In this document: piece by piece, positions 8,786 through 16,734 of the stretch
Position numbering within the stretch: the first letter of the stretch is position 1
Layout of the letters: every line of letters begins with the position of its first letter
Virus record (IMG/VR): IMGVR_UViG_3300026189_000026
Location: 1 to 25,599 of that record
Source: a virus
Taxonomy: Duplodnaviria > Caudoviricetes
Direction: 5' to 3' (one strand)
Length of the DNA stretch: 25,599 nucleotides
Notes under the pieces: model-generated
Database searches by the model: none
The model's input: only the letters and a program-made list of their open reading frames with translations
What the model was told of the DNA's origin: nothing
Program-made: the position numbers and the translations under genes

Positions 8786-9913
8786 ATGTCCAGTGGAGAT
8801 TTACAAGAAATGGAAGTAGGCACTAAGCAATCCAAAACTGCTGTAAACTCTGGCGCAAAGCCAGCAGATCCTATGCCAACAATGGCAGATCCCGGAACCC
8901 AACTCGGTTCTGTAGAAGATCTGGGTGGACCTACACCAGAAAACTATAAGCCTGATGATGATTCAGCAAAACTGAAAGAACCCGGTGCAACACTGAAGCA
9001 AGTCAAAGATGTTGTAAATAAGGGAGCAAAACCTGCAGATTCAATGCCTAAGATGGCAAATCCTGTTAAGGAAGAAGAAGAAATTGAAGACGAAGTTGTC
9101 GCAGAACAAGAGACTGCAGAGGAAGAGGTAGTCGCTGAAGAAGAGACAACCGAGGAAAAAACAGTTGCTGAAAAGGAAGAAGTAATCGAATATGACATCG
9201 AAGAAGATGTCAATGCGCTTCTTGCTGGCGAAGAACTTTCCGAAGAGTTCCAAGAAAAAGCAAAAGTAATCTTCGAGACTGCTATTAATGCGAAAGTTTC
9301 GCAAATTCAAGTAGAACTCGAAGAAAAGTATTCTTCTGTATTTGCAGAAGAAGTTGAAACATTCAAGGGAGAACTCTCGGAAAGAGTTGATTCTTACCTT
9401 GAGTACGTCGCTGATGAGTGGTTCCAAGAGAATGCACTCGTCATCGACCAAGGTCTGAAAACCGAAATGACCGAGAGTTTCCTCTCGGGCATGAAGGACC
9501 TTTTTGAAGCACATTATGTAGAAATCCCTGAAGATAAATATGATGTTGTCCATAACATGGTAGACAAACTTGATGACATGGAAACAAAACTCAACGAGCA
9601 GATTGAGAAAAATGTTTCCCTCAACAAGCGCCTCGCAGAGTCGGTTGCTGACGGAATCTTAGATCAAGTCTCTAATGGTCTTGCACAGACACAGAAAGAG
9701 AAGCTCGCCTCACTTGCCGAAAGTGTTGAGTTTGAAAGTGAAGAAGAATATCGTGAAAAGTTGGAGACACTGAAGGAGTCATATTTTGCTCCTAAGAAGC
9801 AATCTTCATCTGTAAAGACTGAAACCCTTTCTGAAGGTGTAAGCAACGATCACCAGCAATATTCTGGTTCGATGAATGCATATGTCAGAGCACTAGGAAG
9901 CACAGTCAAATAA
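8786..9913 (+). CDS. g22: Prohead core scaffold protein (gp22)
   Basis: Very acidic and helical; LSEEFQEKAKVIFETA, VDSYLEYVADEW, KLETLKESYF; lies between g21 and g23. Confidence 0.95.
   Translation: MSSGDLQEMEVGTKQSKTAVNSGAKPADPMPTMADPGTQLGSVEDLGGPTPENYKPDDDSAKLKEPGATLKQVKDVVNKGAKPADSMPKMANPVKEEEEIEDEVVAEQETAEEEVVAEEETTEEKTVAEKEEVIEYDIEEDVNALLAGEELSEEFQEKAKVIFETAINAKVSQIQVELEEKYSSVFAEEVETFKGELSERVDSYLEYVADEWFQENALVIDQGLKTEMTESFLSGMKDLFEAHYVEIPEDKYDVVHNMVDKLDDMETKLNEQIEKNVSLNKRLAESVADGILDQVSNGLAQTQKEKLASLAESVEFESEEEYREKLETLKESYFAPKKQSSSVKTETLSEGVSNDHQQYSGSMNAYVRALGSTVK
8843..9064 (+). repeat. Duplicated 17-aa motif in the gp22 N-terminus
   Basis: VNSGAKPADPMPTMADP (8843-8893) and VNKGAKPADSMPKMANP (9014-9064). 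Confidence 0.8.
9092..9181 (+). repeat. Degenerate 33-nt (11-aa) tandem repeat in gp22
   Basis: EVVAEQETAEE / EVVAEEETTEE / KTVAEKEE. Confidence 0.7.
9533..9540 (+). promoter_or_regulatory. Candidate internal late promoter for g23
   Basis: GATAAATA inside g22; the g22-g23 intergenic region has no TAAATA box. Confidence 0.5.
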
Positions 9914-9961
9914 CTGAAATCAATTATTACTCAAACACAAACTAACTAAAGGTACTAGCAA

Positions 9962-11380
9962 ATGTTCCATTCCGAACAGTTGCAGGAAAAGTGGGCACCT
10001 CTCCTCAACCATGAGGGTCTTGATGAAATCAAGGATTCACACAGAAGAGCTGTAACCGCTGTCCTGCTCGAAAACCAAGAAAAATTCCTCCGTGAGCAAT
10101 CCGCATTCGAAAGCGGCACATCAATGCTCACCGAAACCCCCAACATGAACACCGGTTCATCAGCAAGTGCTGCTGGATTCTCCGGTTCAGCTGCTGATGC
10201 AGGTCCTGTTGCAGGTTTCGATCCTGTTCTGATCTCACTGATCAGACGCTCCATGCCTAACCTGGTTGCTTATGACCTCGCAGGCGTTCAGCCAATGAAC
10301 GGTCCTACTGGACTCATCTTCGCAATGCGTTCCCGCTACGAAAATCAGAGTGGCGACGAAGCATTCTTCAACGAAGTTGATTCTGCATTCTCTGGTCAGG
10401 ACGCAGGTTTCGATCTGACAAGCAGAATGACCGATTCTGCTGTTGGTATGGGTACAACTGCACAGTCAGGTTCAAACCCAAGTCTCCTTAACCCAACAGG
10501 TTCCGCTGACAACACTGCGTATAACGTTGGTCAGGGCATGGGAACAGAAGAGTCAGAAGCACTTGACTCTGGAGATAACGCCTTCAACCAGATGGCATTC
10601 TCAATCGAGAAAGTCACTGTAACTGCTAAGAGCAGAGCTCTGAAAGCAGAATACTCATTGGAACTGGCACAAGACCTCAAGGCAATTCACGGTCTGAACG
10701 CTGAGGCTGAGTTGGCAAACATCCTGTCAACTGAGATCCTCTCAGAAATCAACCGCGAAGTCATCAGAACCATCTACAAGGTCGCTGAGCAAGGTGCTGT
10801 ACATAACACCGCAACTCAGGGCGTATTCGACCTGGACATCGACTCCAATGGTCGCTGGTCTGTTGAGAAGTTCAAGGGTCTCCTGTTCCAAATCGAGCGT
10901 GATGCAAACGCAATTGCAACCCGTACACGTCGTGGTAAGGGCAACATCATCATGTGCTCCGCAGACGTTGCTTCTGCGCTGACCATGGCTGGTGTACTCG
11001 ACTACACACCTGCACTGAACGCAAACCTGAACGTTGATGACACCGGTAGCACCTTCGCAGGTACACTGCAAGGTAAGTATCGCGTATACATCGATCCTTA
11101 TTCAGGTGGTCACAACCCCGGTGCAAACGGTGGTCAGTACTACGTTGTTGGTTATAAGGGTTCATCACCTTATGACGCAGGTCTCTTCTACTGCCCATAT
11201 GTACCTCTTCAGATGGTACGTGCAGTTGGTGAGAACTCCTTCCAACCAAAAATTGGCTTCAAGACCCGTTATGGTCTGGTTGCCAACCCATTCGCAGAAG
11301 GTCTGGATCAGGGTCTCGGAAGACTGCAAGTCAATGCAAACCGTTACTACAGAAGAGTTCAAGTCAAGAACCTCATGTGA
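9962..11380 (+). CDS. g23: Major capsid protein (gp23)
   Basis: LQEKWAPLL, FDPVLISLIRRSMP, GVQPMNGPTGLIFAMR, KSRALKAEYSLELAQDLKAIHGL, FQPKIGFKTRYG; strongly biased codon usage. Confidence 0.99.
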   Translation: MFHSEQLQEKWAPLLNHEGLDEIKDSHRRAVTAVLLENQEKFLREQSAFESGTSMLTETPNMNTGSSASAAGFSGSAADAGPVAGFDPVLISLIRRSMPNLVAYDLAGVQPMNGPTGLIFAMRSRYENQSGDEAFFNEVDSAFSGQDAGFDLTSRMTDSAVGMGTTAQSGSNPSLLNPTGSADNTAYNVGQGMGTEESEALDSGDNAFNQMAFSIEKVTVTAKSRALKAEYSLELAQDLKAIHGLNAEAELANILSTEILSEINREVIRTIYKVAEQGAVHNTATQGVFDLDIDSNGRWSVEKFKGLLFQIERDANAIATRTRRGKGNIIMCSADVASALTMAGVLDYTPALNANLNVDDTGSTFAGTLQGKYRVYIDPYSGGHNPGANGGQYYVVGYKGSSPYDAGLFYCPYVPLQMVRAVGENSFQPKIGFKTRYGLVANPFAEGLDQGLGRLQVNANRYYRRVQVKNLM

Positions 11381-11401
11381 TTCTGGTTTACATATTTCAT
11401 C

Positions 11402-11429
11402 AGAGGGTCTTTCGAGACCCTCTTTTTTT
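11402..11429 (+). terminator. Rho-independent terminator after g23
   Basis: AGAGGGTCT-TTCG-AGACCCTCT perfect 9-bp stem running into a T tract. Confidence 0.93.
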
Positions 11430-11430
11430 A

Positions 11431-11438
11431 TCTAAATA
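11431..11438 (+). promoter_or_regulatory. Late promoter immediately after the terminator
   Basis: TCTAAATA, 19 nt before ATG 11458. Confidence 0.65.
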
Positions 11439-11457
11439 GTCAATAAACACATTTATT

Positions 11458-11640
11458 ATGCCATATCACATTAAAAGGAGAAAGTTGTTCCAACAGGACA
11501 AATATGTATATTATTGCGAATCTAGTAGATGGACTGAGGAGTATAGTGATAGAAAGAAATTCAGAACTAAAAAAAGTGCAAATGAATTAATGAAAAATTC
11601 TGAAGAAGATTGGAAACGTGCTGAAATAGAGAAGTACTAA
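11458..11640 (+). CDS. Small hypothetical protein (60 aa)
   Basis: MPYHIK..VYY..RW..Y.DRK; fills the space between the late promoter and g3. Confidence 0.75.
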   Translation: MPYHIKRRKLFQQDKYVYYCESSRWTEEYSDRKKFRTKKSANELMKNSEEDWKRAEIEKY

Positions 11641-11641
11641 A

Positions 11642-12196
11642 ATGGCAAACCTATCAAGACAACTTGAAAATAGAAACTATCTATCTCCTACAGGATTTAA
11701 ATTTGCTCTCGATAGGAGTCCTGGAGCTGCATTTTTCTGCAATCAAGCAAATATACCAGATATAAATTTAGGAGTAACTGAGCAATCAAATTATTTAAGG
11801 CCCATTCCAATTCCAGGAGAGATTATTCAGTTCTCTGATTTAAACTTAAGATTTCTTGTTGATGAGAATCTTGAAAACTATATGGAAATTCAAAATTGGA
11901 TGAGAGGGTTGGGATTTCCAGAAAACATTGGTCAATATGATCAATTGGAATCGCAAGCAAAGATCATTGGTAGGTACGGGAAGGATAGAGAAAATATTTA
12001 CTCTGATGGAACATTACAAATATTAAGTAGTAATTTAGTTCCAAGATTTCAAATATCTTTTACTGATTTATTTCCGTATAATTTATCCACTCTTACATTT
12101 GATGCCACTGACACAGACATCGAGTACTTTACAGCCGACGTAAGTTTCAAGTATACTATGTACAATATTACTGATTTGGAAGGAAATCCTTTATGA
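11642..12196 (+). CDS. g3: Tail completion / tube terminator protein (gp3)
   Basis: NRNYLSPTGFKF, FLVDENLENYMEIQNWMRGL, SDGTLQIL, DLFP..LSTLTFD; synteny g23-g3-uvsY-uvsW. Confidence 0.9.
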   Translation: MANLSRQLENRNYLSPTGFKFALDRSPGAAFFCNQANIPDINLGVTEQSNYLRPIPIPGEIIQFSDLNLRFLVDENLENYMEIQNWMRGLGFPENIGQYDQLESQAKIIGRYGKDRENIYSDGTLQILSSNLVPRFQISFTDLFPYNLSTLTFDATDTDIEYFTADVSFKYTMYNITDLEGNPL

Positions 12197-12627
12197 TTGA
12201 TCTTGATAAACTTCAAGAAATGTGGGAGAAAGATTCTAAAATCGATATGGATAATCTTCATACAGAATCAACATCTATCCCCACTCTCCATGCAAAATAT
12301 TTTGATTTATACAATACCTTGTTTTTATTGAGAAAAAAAGCAGAACAACAAAGAAAAAATATAAGACACGAACGATATGAATACTTTAGTGGGAAGGCAG
12401 ATCCAGATGTCTATATCGAAAATCCATTTCCCAAAAAAATTCGAGATAAAGACACAATGCAGAAATATCTTGACGCAGATGAAAAACTCTCTACAATATG
12501 TCTAAAGATAGATTATTACGATACCATGCTAGTGTATATTGAAAGTATACTCAAACAAATAACTAACAGAACTTATCAAATTAAAAACGCAATAGAGTTT
12601 ATGAGATTTAACGCAGGGTTGGGATAA
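12193..12627 (+). CDS. uvsY: Recombination mediator UvsY
   Basis: MWEKDSKID..LHTES..IP.LHAKY, YL.ADE, RTYQIKNAIEFMRF. Confidence 0.92.
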   Translation: MIDLDKLQEMWEKDSKIDMDNLHTESTSIPTLHAKYFDLYNTLFLLRKKAEQQRKNIRHERYEYFSGKADPDVYIENPFPKKIRDKDTMQKYLDADEKLSTICLKIDYYDTMLVYIESILKQITNRTYQIKNAIEFMRFNAGLG

Positions 12628-12878
12628 TGAACGAATTTCCAGAAGATCAATTTGATGGCGAAATTCCTGATGAGGGATTTTATCAACTCAACGTGGGAAT
12701 TGAAGAGATTTATCTAATGTATCATTGCGTTCAAGAGACTATCAAAAACTGGCCAGGTGCCCCTGCTCGTCCTGTAGAAGAGCAAGAACAACTTAGGGAG
12801 TTGAGAGATAATCTTTATAGATGTATTTTAGATCACAAATTTCATTTTATGGATATGGATTCTGATAGACCAGAATAA
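12627..12878 (+). CDS. Hypothetical protein (83 aa)
   Basis: TAATG overlap with the uvsY stop; WPGAPARPVEEQE motif. Confidence 0.8.
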   Translation: MNEFPEDQFDGEIPDEGFYQLNVGIEEIYLMYHCVQETIKNWPGAPARPVEEQEQLRELRDNLYRCILDHKFHFMDMDSDRPE

Positions 12879-12881
12879 ATA
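12874..12881 (+). promoter_or_regulatory. Late promoter for uvsW
   Basis: AATAAATA overlapping the upstream stop, 21 nt before the GTG start. Confidence 0.7.
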
Positions 12882-12902
12882 ATCATAGATGCTTAAGACA
12901 TC

Positions 12903-14381
12903 GTGATTGATAGTACGGCAAATGTTATTATTTCAAAGTCAAACGAAGTATTTTTAAAAGTAAAAACAGAACCTCATATTGAATATGAACTAAGAGATCA
13001 TTTTACTTTCGAAGTTCCAAATGCAAAGTTTATGCCACAATACCGTGGTAAAAATTGGAATGGAGAAATACATCTCTTTGATATGAGGTCAAAGACAATT
13101 TATGTTGGACTCTTGGATAAGATTGTCCAGTTTTGTGACAACTACGGATATACTTATAAATTTGAAGACAATAAATTTTATGGAACTCCTTACGAGGAGA
13201 ACCATCATGTATCATATGAAGGAGTGAAAGATTATATTAATTCCATCACTTCATTTTCTCCCAGAAAGTATCAAATTGAAGGTGTGTATGACGCATTAAA
13301 ACATAACAGAAAGTTACTGATAAGTCCCACTGCTTCCGGTAAATCGTTGATGATTTACTCGCTTGTAAGGTACTATCATGCTCAAGGAGAAAAAATTCTT
13401 TTAGTTCTTCCGACGACAAGTCTAGTAGAACAGATGTATAAAGATTTCGAAGACTATGGTTGGGATTCTGAGTCATATTGTCACAAGATATATGCAGGTA
13501 GGGAGAAGAGAACAGACTTACCAGTTACAATCACAACATGGCAATCTGTATACAAGTTGGAGAGATCTTTTTTTGAAGACTATGGTTGTATTATAGGTGA
13601 TGAAGCACATTTATTCAAGAGCAAATCACTTATACAAATCATGACAAAATTGCATCATGCAAAGTACAGATTTGGTTTTACAGGAACATTAGATGGTACA
13701 CAGACCCACAAATGGGTCCTAGAGGGATTGTTTGGACCATCATATAAAGTTACTAAAACTGAAGAGTTAATGCGTCAAGGACATTTATCTCAACTCGATA
13801 TACAATGTCTCGTATTACAACATCCTGGACAAAACTTTAAAACCTATGAAGATGAGATACAGTACCTTATTTCTCATGAGCAAAGGAATAACTTTATCAA
13901 AAATCTAGCACTTGATCTTAAAGGAAATACACTTGTTCTTTTTCAAAGAGTCGAAAGCCATGGAGCAATACTCTACGAAAAGATAAATAATTACAAGCGA
14001 GATGACCATAAAGTATTTTTTGTACATGGCGGAGTGGATACTGAAGAAAGAGAATTAATTCGTGAGATTACCGAAAAAGAAGATCATGCAATTATTGTAG
14101 CTTCTTACGGAACATTTTCAACTGGTATTAACATAAAGAACTTGCATAATGTAGTCTTTGCTTCTCCATCAAAATCAAGAATTAGAAATCTACAATCAAT
14201 TGGTAGAGTGCTCAGAAAAGGAAGTAACAAAACAAAAGCAATTCTTTATGATATCGGGGATGATATTAAGAAAGGATCTAGAAACAATTATACTCTCAAT
14301 CATCTAATAGAAAGAATTAAGATATACAATGAAGAAAAATTTAATTATGACATAATCACTATACAACTCAAAAACAAATGA
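12903..14381 (+). CDS. uvsW: SF2 DNA/RNA helicase UvsW
   Basis: SPTASGKS, DEAH, FTGT, STGINIKNLH, QSIGRVLR; GTG start. Confidence 0.97.
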   Translation: MIDSTANVIISKSNEVFLKVKTEPHIEYELRDHFTFEVPNAKFMPQYRGKNWNGEIHLFDMRSKTIYVGLLDKIVQFCDNYGYTYKFEDNKFYGTPYEENHHVSYEGVKDYINSITSFSPRKYQIEGVYDALKHNRKLLISPTASGKSLMIYSLVRYYHAQGEKILLVLPTTSLVEQMYKDFEDYGWDSESYCHKIYAGREKRTDLPVTITTWQSVYKLERSFFEDYGCIIGDEAHLFKSKSLIQIMTKLHHAKYRFGFTGTLDGTQTHKWVLEGLFGPSYKVTKTEELMRQGHLSQLDIQCLVLQHPGQNFKTYEDEIQYLISHEQRNNFIKNLALDLKGNTLVLFQRVESHGAILYEKINNYKRDDHKVFFVHGGVDTEERELIREITEKEDHAIIVASYGTFSTGINIKNLHNVVFASPSKSRIRNLQSIGRVLRKGSNKTKAILYDIGDDIKKGSRNNYTLNHLIERIKIYNEEKFNYDIITIQLKNK

Positions 14382-14785
14382 TAGAAGACGATTTTTACGC
14401 AACAATCAAACTAAAGAACGGTGAAGAGATTTTTGCTAAAGTCGCAGCTTCAGAAGAAGATGAAAGAACAATGTTAATTGTTTCTAATCCTGTTGTAATT
14501 GGCGAAATCAAAGTACAATCAAATATGGTTGGATACAAAATAGAACCATGGTTAAAAACAACAAAGGATGATATGTTCTTTATTAACTTGGATGACGTTC
14601 TTACAATGTCAGAATCATCTGATATTGAAATGATTATGATGTATCAAGAATTTATACATCATGCTCAACAACCACAGAAAGGCAACTCTGCAAAAATAAG
14701 TAAGAAAATGGGATATGTTTCTAATATTAATGATGCGAAAGAGTTACTAGAGAAGCTCTTTAATCTGAAATATAAGCCTGAATAG
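14378..14785 (+). CDS. Conserved hypothetical protein (Sm-like beta barrel suspected)
   Basis: ATGA overlap with uvsW; IKLKNGEEIFAKV...PW pattern typical of the gene between uvsW and g55 in T4-like cyanophages. Confidence 0.8.
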   Translation: MIEDDFYATIKLKNGEEIFAKVAASEEDERTMLIVSNPVVIGEIKVQSNMVGYKIEPWLKTTKDDMFFINLDDVLTMSESSDIEMIMMYQEFIHHAQQPQKGNSAKISKKMGYVSNINDAKELLEKLFNLKYKPE

Positions 14786-14808
14786 TCTTATCAACCTTCA
14801 CAAAGGTA

Positions 14809-14836
14809 ATTCTACTTGTTTTTAGAAACTTGTCAA
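14809..14836 (-). promoter_or_regulatory. Antisense sigma70-type promoter
   Basis: Minus strand reads TTGACA (14836-14831), a 16-nt spacer, then TAGAAT (14814-14809). Confidence 0.6.
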
Positions 14837-14858
14837 GTAATTAGTATAATGGTATAAT
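14830..14858 (+). promoter_or_regulatory. sigma70-type promoter for g55
   Basis: TTGTCA (14830-35), 17 nt, TATAAT (14853-58), with extended -10 TG at 14850-51. Confidence 0.75.
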
Positions 14859-14883
14859 TACTACATAATTATGAATATAACTT

Positions 14884-15420
14884 ATGATAGGAAAACCAAT
14901 GGCCAAGAGGAAAAGGTCTGAGCATTATGTAAACAATAAAGAGTTCCTTGCAGCACTCACAGATTATCGAGCAGAGGTTGAGAGGACTTTCATTCAGAAG
15001 TATGGTAGAGAACCTGAAAAGGCTGATAGAGCGACACGATGGGATACCAAACCACCAATTCCAAGATATATTGGAGAGTGCTTTTTGAAGATTGCTAATC
15101 ATCTTTCATTCAAACCAAATTTTGTGAATTACATGTTTAAAGAGGACATGATTTCTGATGGGATTGAAAACTGTGTTCAGTACATTCATAATTTTGATCC
15201 AGCAAAGTCTCAGAATCCCTTCGCATACTTTACCCAAATCATCCATTACGCCTTTCTCCGTAGGATTCAGAGAGAGAAACGTCAGTTAGACATTAAAAAT
15301 AAAATTATTGAGAAGTCTGGTTATAGTGAGGTCTTTGATGACAGCAATACCCTTGACGGATCAAACTATTCCGACTACAATCAGATCAAGGATAATGTCC
15401 ACTCAAAACTCCGTTATTGA
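14884..15420 (+). CDS. g55: Late-transcription sigma factor (gp55); start may be ATG 14899
   Basis: HYVNNKEFL, YIGECFLKIANHLS.KPNFVNY, DMISDGIENC, NPFAYFTQI..AFLRRI. Confidence 0.97.
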   Translation: MIGKPMAKRKRSEHYVNNKEFLAALTDYRAEVERTFIQKYGREPEKADRATRWDTKPPIPRYIGECFLKIANHLSFKPNFVNYMFKEDMISDGIENCVQYIHNFDPAKSQNPFAYFTQIIHYAFLRRIQREKRQLDIKNKIIEKSGYSEVFDDSNTLDGSNYSDYNQIKDNVHSKLRY

Positions 15421-16460
15421 TGAAAGTTGCAATCATTACGGACACACACTATGGTGCTCGTAAAAATTCTAAATTATTTCATGATTATTTTTTAAAATTT
15501 TATAACGATATTTTCTTTCCCACAATAGATAAGGAAGGTATCAGTACCATTTTGCATCTTGGAGATGCCTTTGACAATCGTACTGGAATCAACTTTGCAG
15601 CACTTTCTTGGGCAAAGAATAATATTTTTGATCCTATCAAAGAACGTGGAATTAATGTCCATCTGATTGTTGGAAATCATGATTCATATTATAAAAACAC
15701 GAATGATGTGAATGCAGTTGATCTTCTTCTTCGTGAATATGATAATGTGAATATATACTCGGAAGCGACAGAGATATTAGTAGATAAACTTAAAATATTA
15801 TTTGTTCCTTGGATTAATTCGGAAAATGAAAAAAATACTCTTAAACTTATTGAAAGTACGGATTGCAAAGTGTCGATGGGGCACCTTGAGCTCTCAGGAT
15901 TTGCAGCTAATAAACAAGTCGTCATGGACCATGGTTATGATCGCAAACTATTTGAGAAGTTCGAGAAAGTATTCAGCGGTCACTATCACACTCGATCAAC
16001 TGATGGAAGAATCACATATCTGGGTAATCCCTATGAAATGTTCTGGAACGATGTAGAAGATCCTCGGGGGTTTCATATCTTTGATACAGATACCCTAGAA
16101 CTTACAACAATTGATAATCCATATCGATTGTTTTACAAGTTATATTATAATGATGAACCAGCATCTCTTCTTGATTCGAGACCATATAAGGACAAGATTG
16201 TCAAAGTAATTGTTCGCAACAAGCCAAGACCTAAGGAGTTTGAAAAGGTAATTGATAAGTTGTACTCTGCTGGAGTTGCAGATCTTAAGATCATAGAAAA
16301 CTTTGGTATTAATGAGAATGAAGAGTTCGAAGCATTTGAGACTGAAGATACTCTTTCTATTCTCAATCGTTACATTGAAGAGTCTGAGATTGACTTGGAC
16401 AAATCAAAAATTCAGTGTATAATGAGACAAACCTACCAAGAAGCATGTGAGATGATTTAG
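15420..16460 (+). CDS. g47: Recombination endonuclease subunit gp47 (Mre11/SbcD-like)
   Basis: Metallophosphoesterase motifs DTH, GD.FD, GNHD, GH, SGHYH; TGATG overlap with the g55 stop. Confidence 0.96.
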   Translation: MKVAIITDTHYGARKNSKLFHDYFLKFYNDIFFPTIDKEGISTILHLGDAFDNRTGINFAALSWAKNNIFDPIKERGINVHLIVGNHDSYYKNTNDVNAVDLLLREYDNVNIYSEATEILVDKLKILFVPWINSENEKNTLKLIESTDCKVSMGHLELSGFAANKQVVMDHGYDRKLFEKFEKVFSGHYHTRSTDGRITYLGNPYEMFWNDVEDPRGFHIFDTDTLELTTIDNPYRLFYKLYYNDEPASLLDSRPYKDKIVKVIVRNKPRPKEFEKVIDKLYSAGVADLKIIENFGINENEEFEAFETEDTLSILNRYIEESEIDLDKSKIQCIMRQTYQEACEMI

Positions 16461-16461
16461 T

Positions 16462-16734
16462 ATGTTTATTTTGACTTTACGTGGTAGAGAAAGAGAGGGA
16501 GCATACTATGCTCTAGATGAAGAGCAGAATGAAATCTTATACATCTTTGAAGAAGAAGATGATGCAACTAGGTTTGCTATGATGTTAGAAGAAGATGGAA
16601 GTCCTGAAATTCATATTATAGAAGTTGATAGTCAAGCAATAGTTGAAAGTTGTGAACTATCTGGGTGTGGATACGCTATTATTACCAAAAACGATTTTGT
16701 AATTCCTCCAAAAGGCAGAAATGATTTTATTTGA
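16462..16734 (+). CDS. Acidic hypothetical protein (90 aa)
   Basis: GAY, LYIFEEEDDA.RFAMML, VIPP; between g47 and g46. Confidence 0.8.
   Translation: MFILTLRGREREGAYYALDEEQNEILYIFEEEDDATRFAMMLEEDGSPEIHIIEVDSQAIVESCELSGCGYAIITKNDFVIPPKGRNDFI

Noticed and set aside
9041-9553. 170-aa Phe/Leu-rich minus-strand ORF that looks like a membrane protein
   Set aside because: Mirror image of the GAA/AAA-rich acidic gp22 sequence
9955-11435. Several antisense and alternative-frame ORFs over g23
   Set aside because: Expected shadow of strong codon bias in a highly expressed gene; no SD, promoter or protein motif
13982-13989. GATAAATA inside uvsW
   Set aside because: About 390 nt from the next start with no supporting feature; likely a chance match in AT-rich DNA
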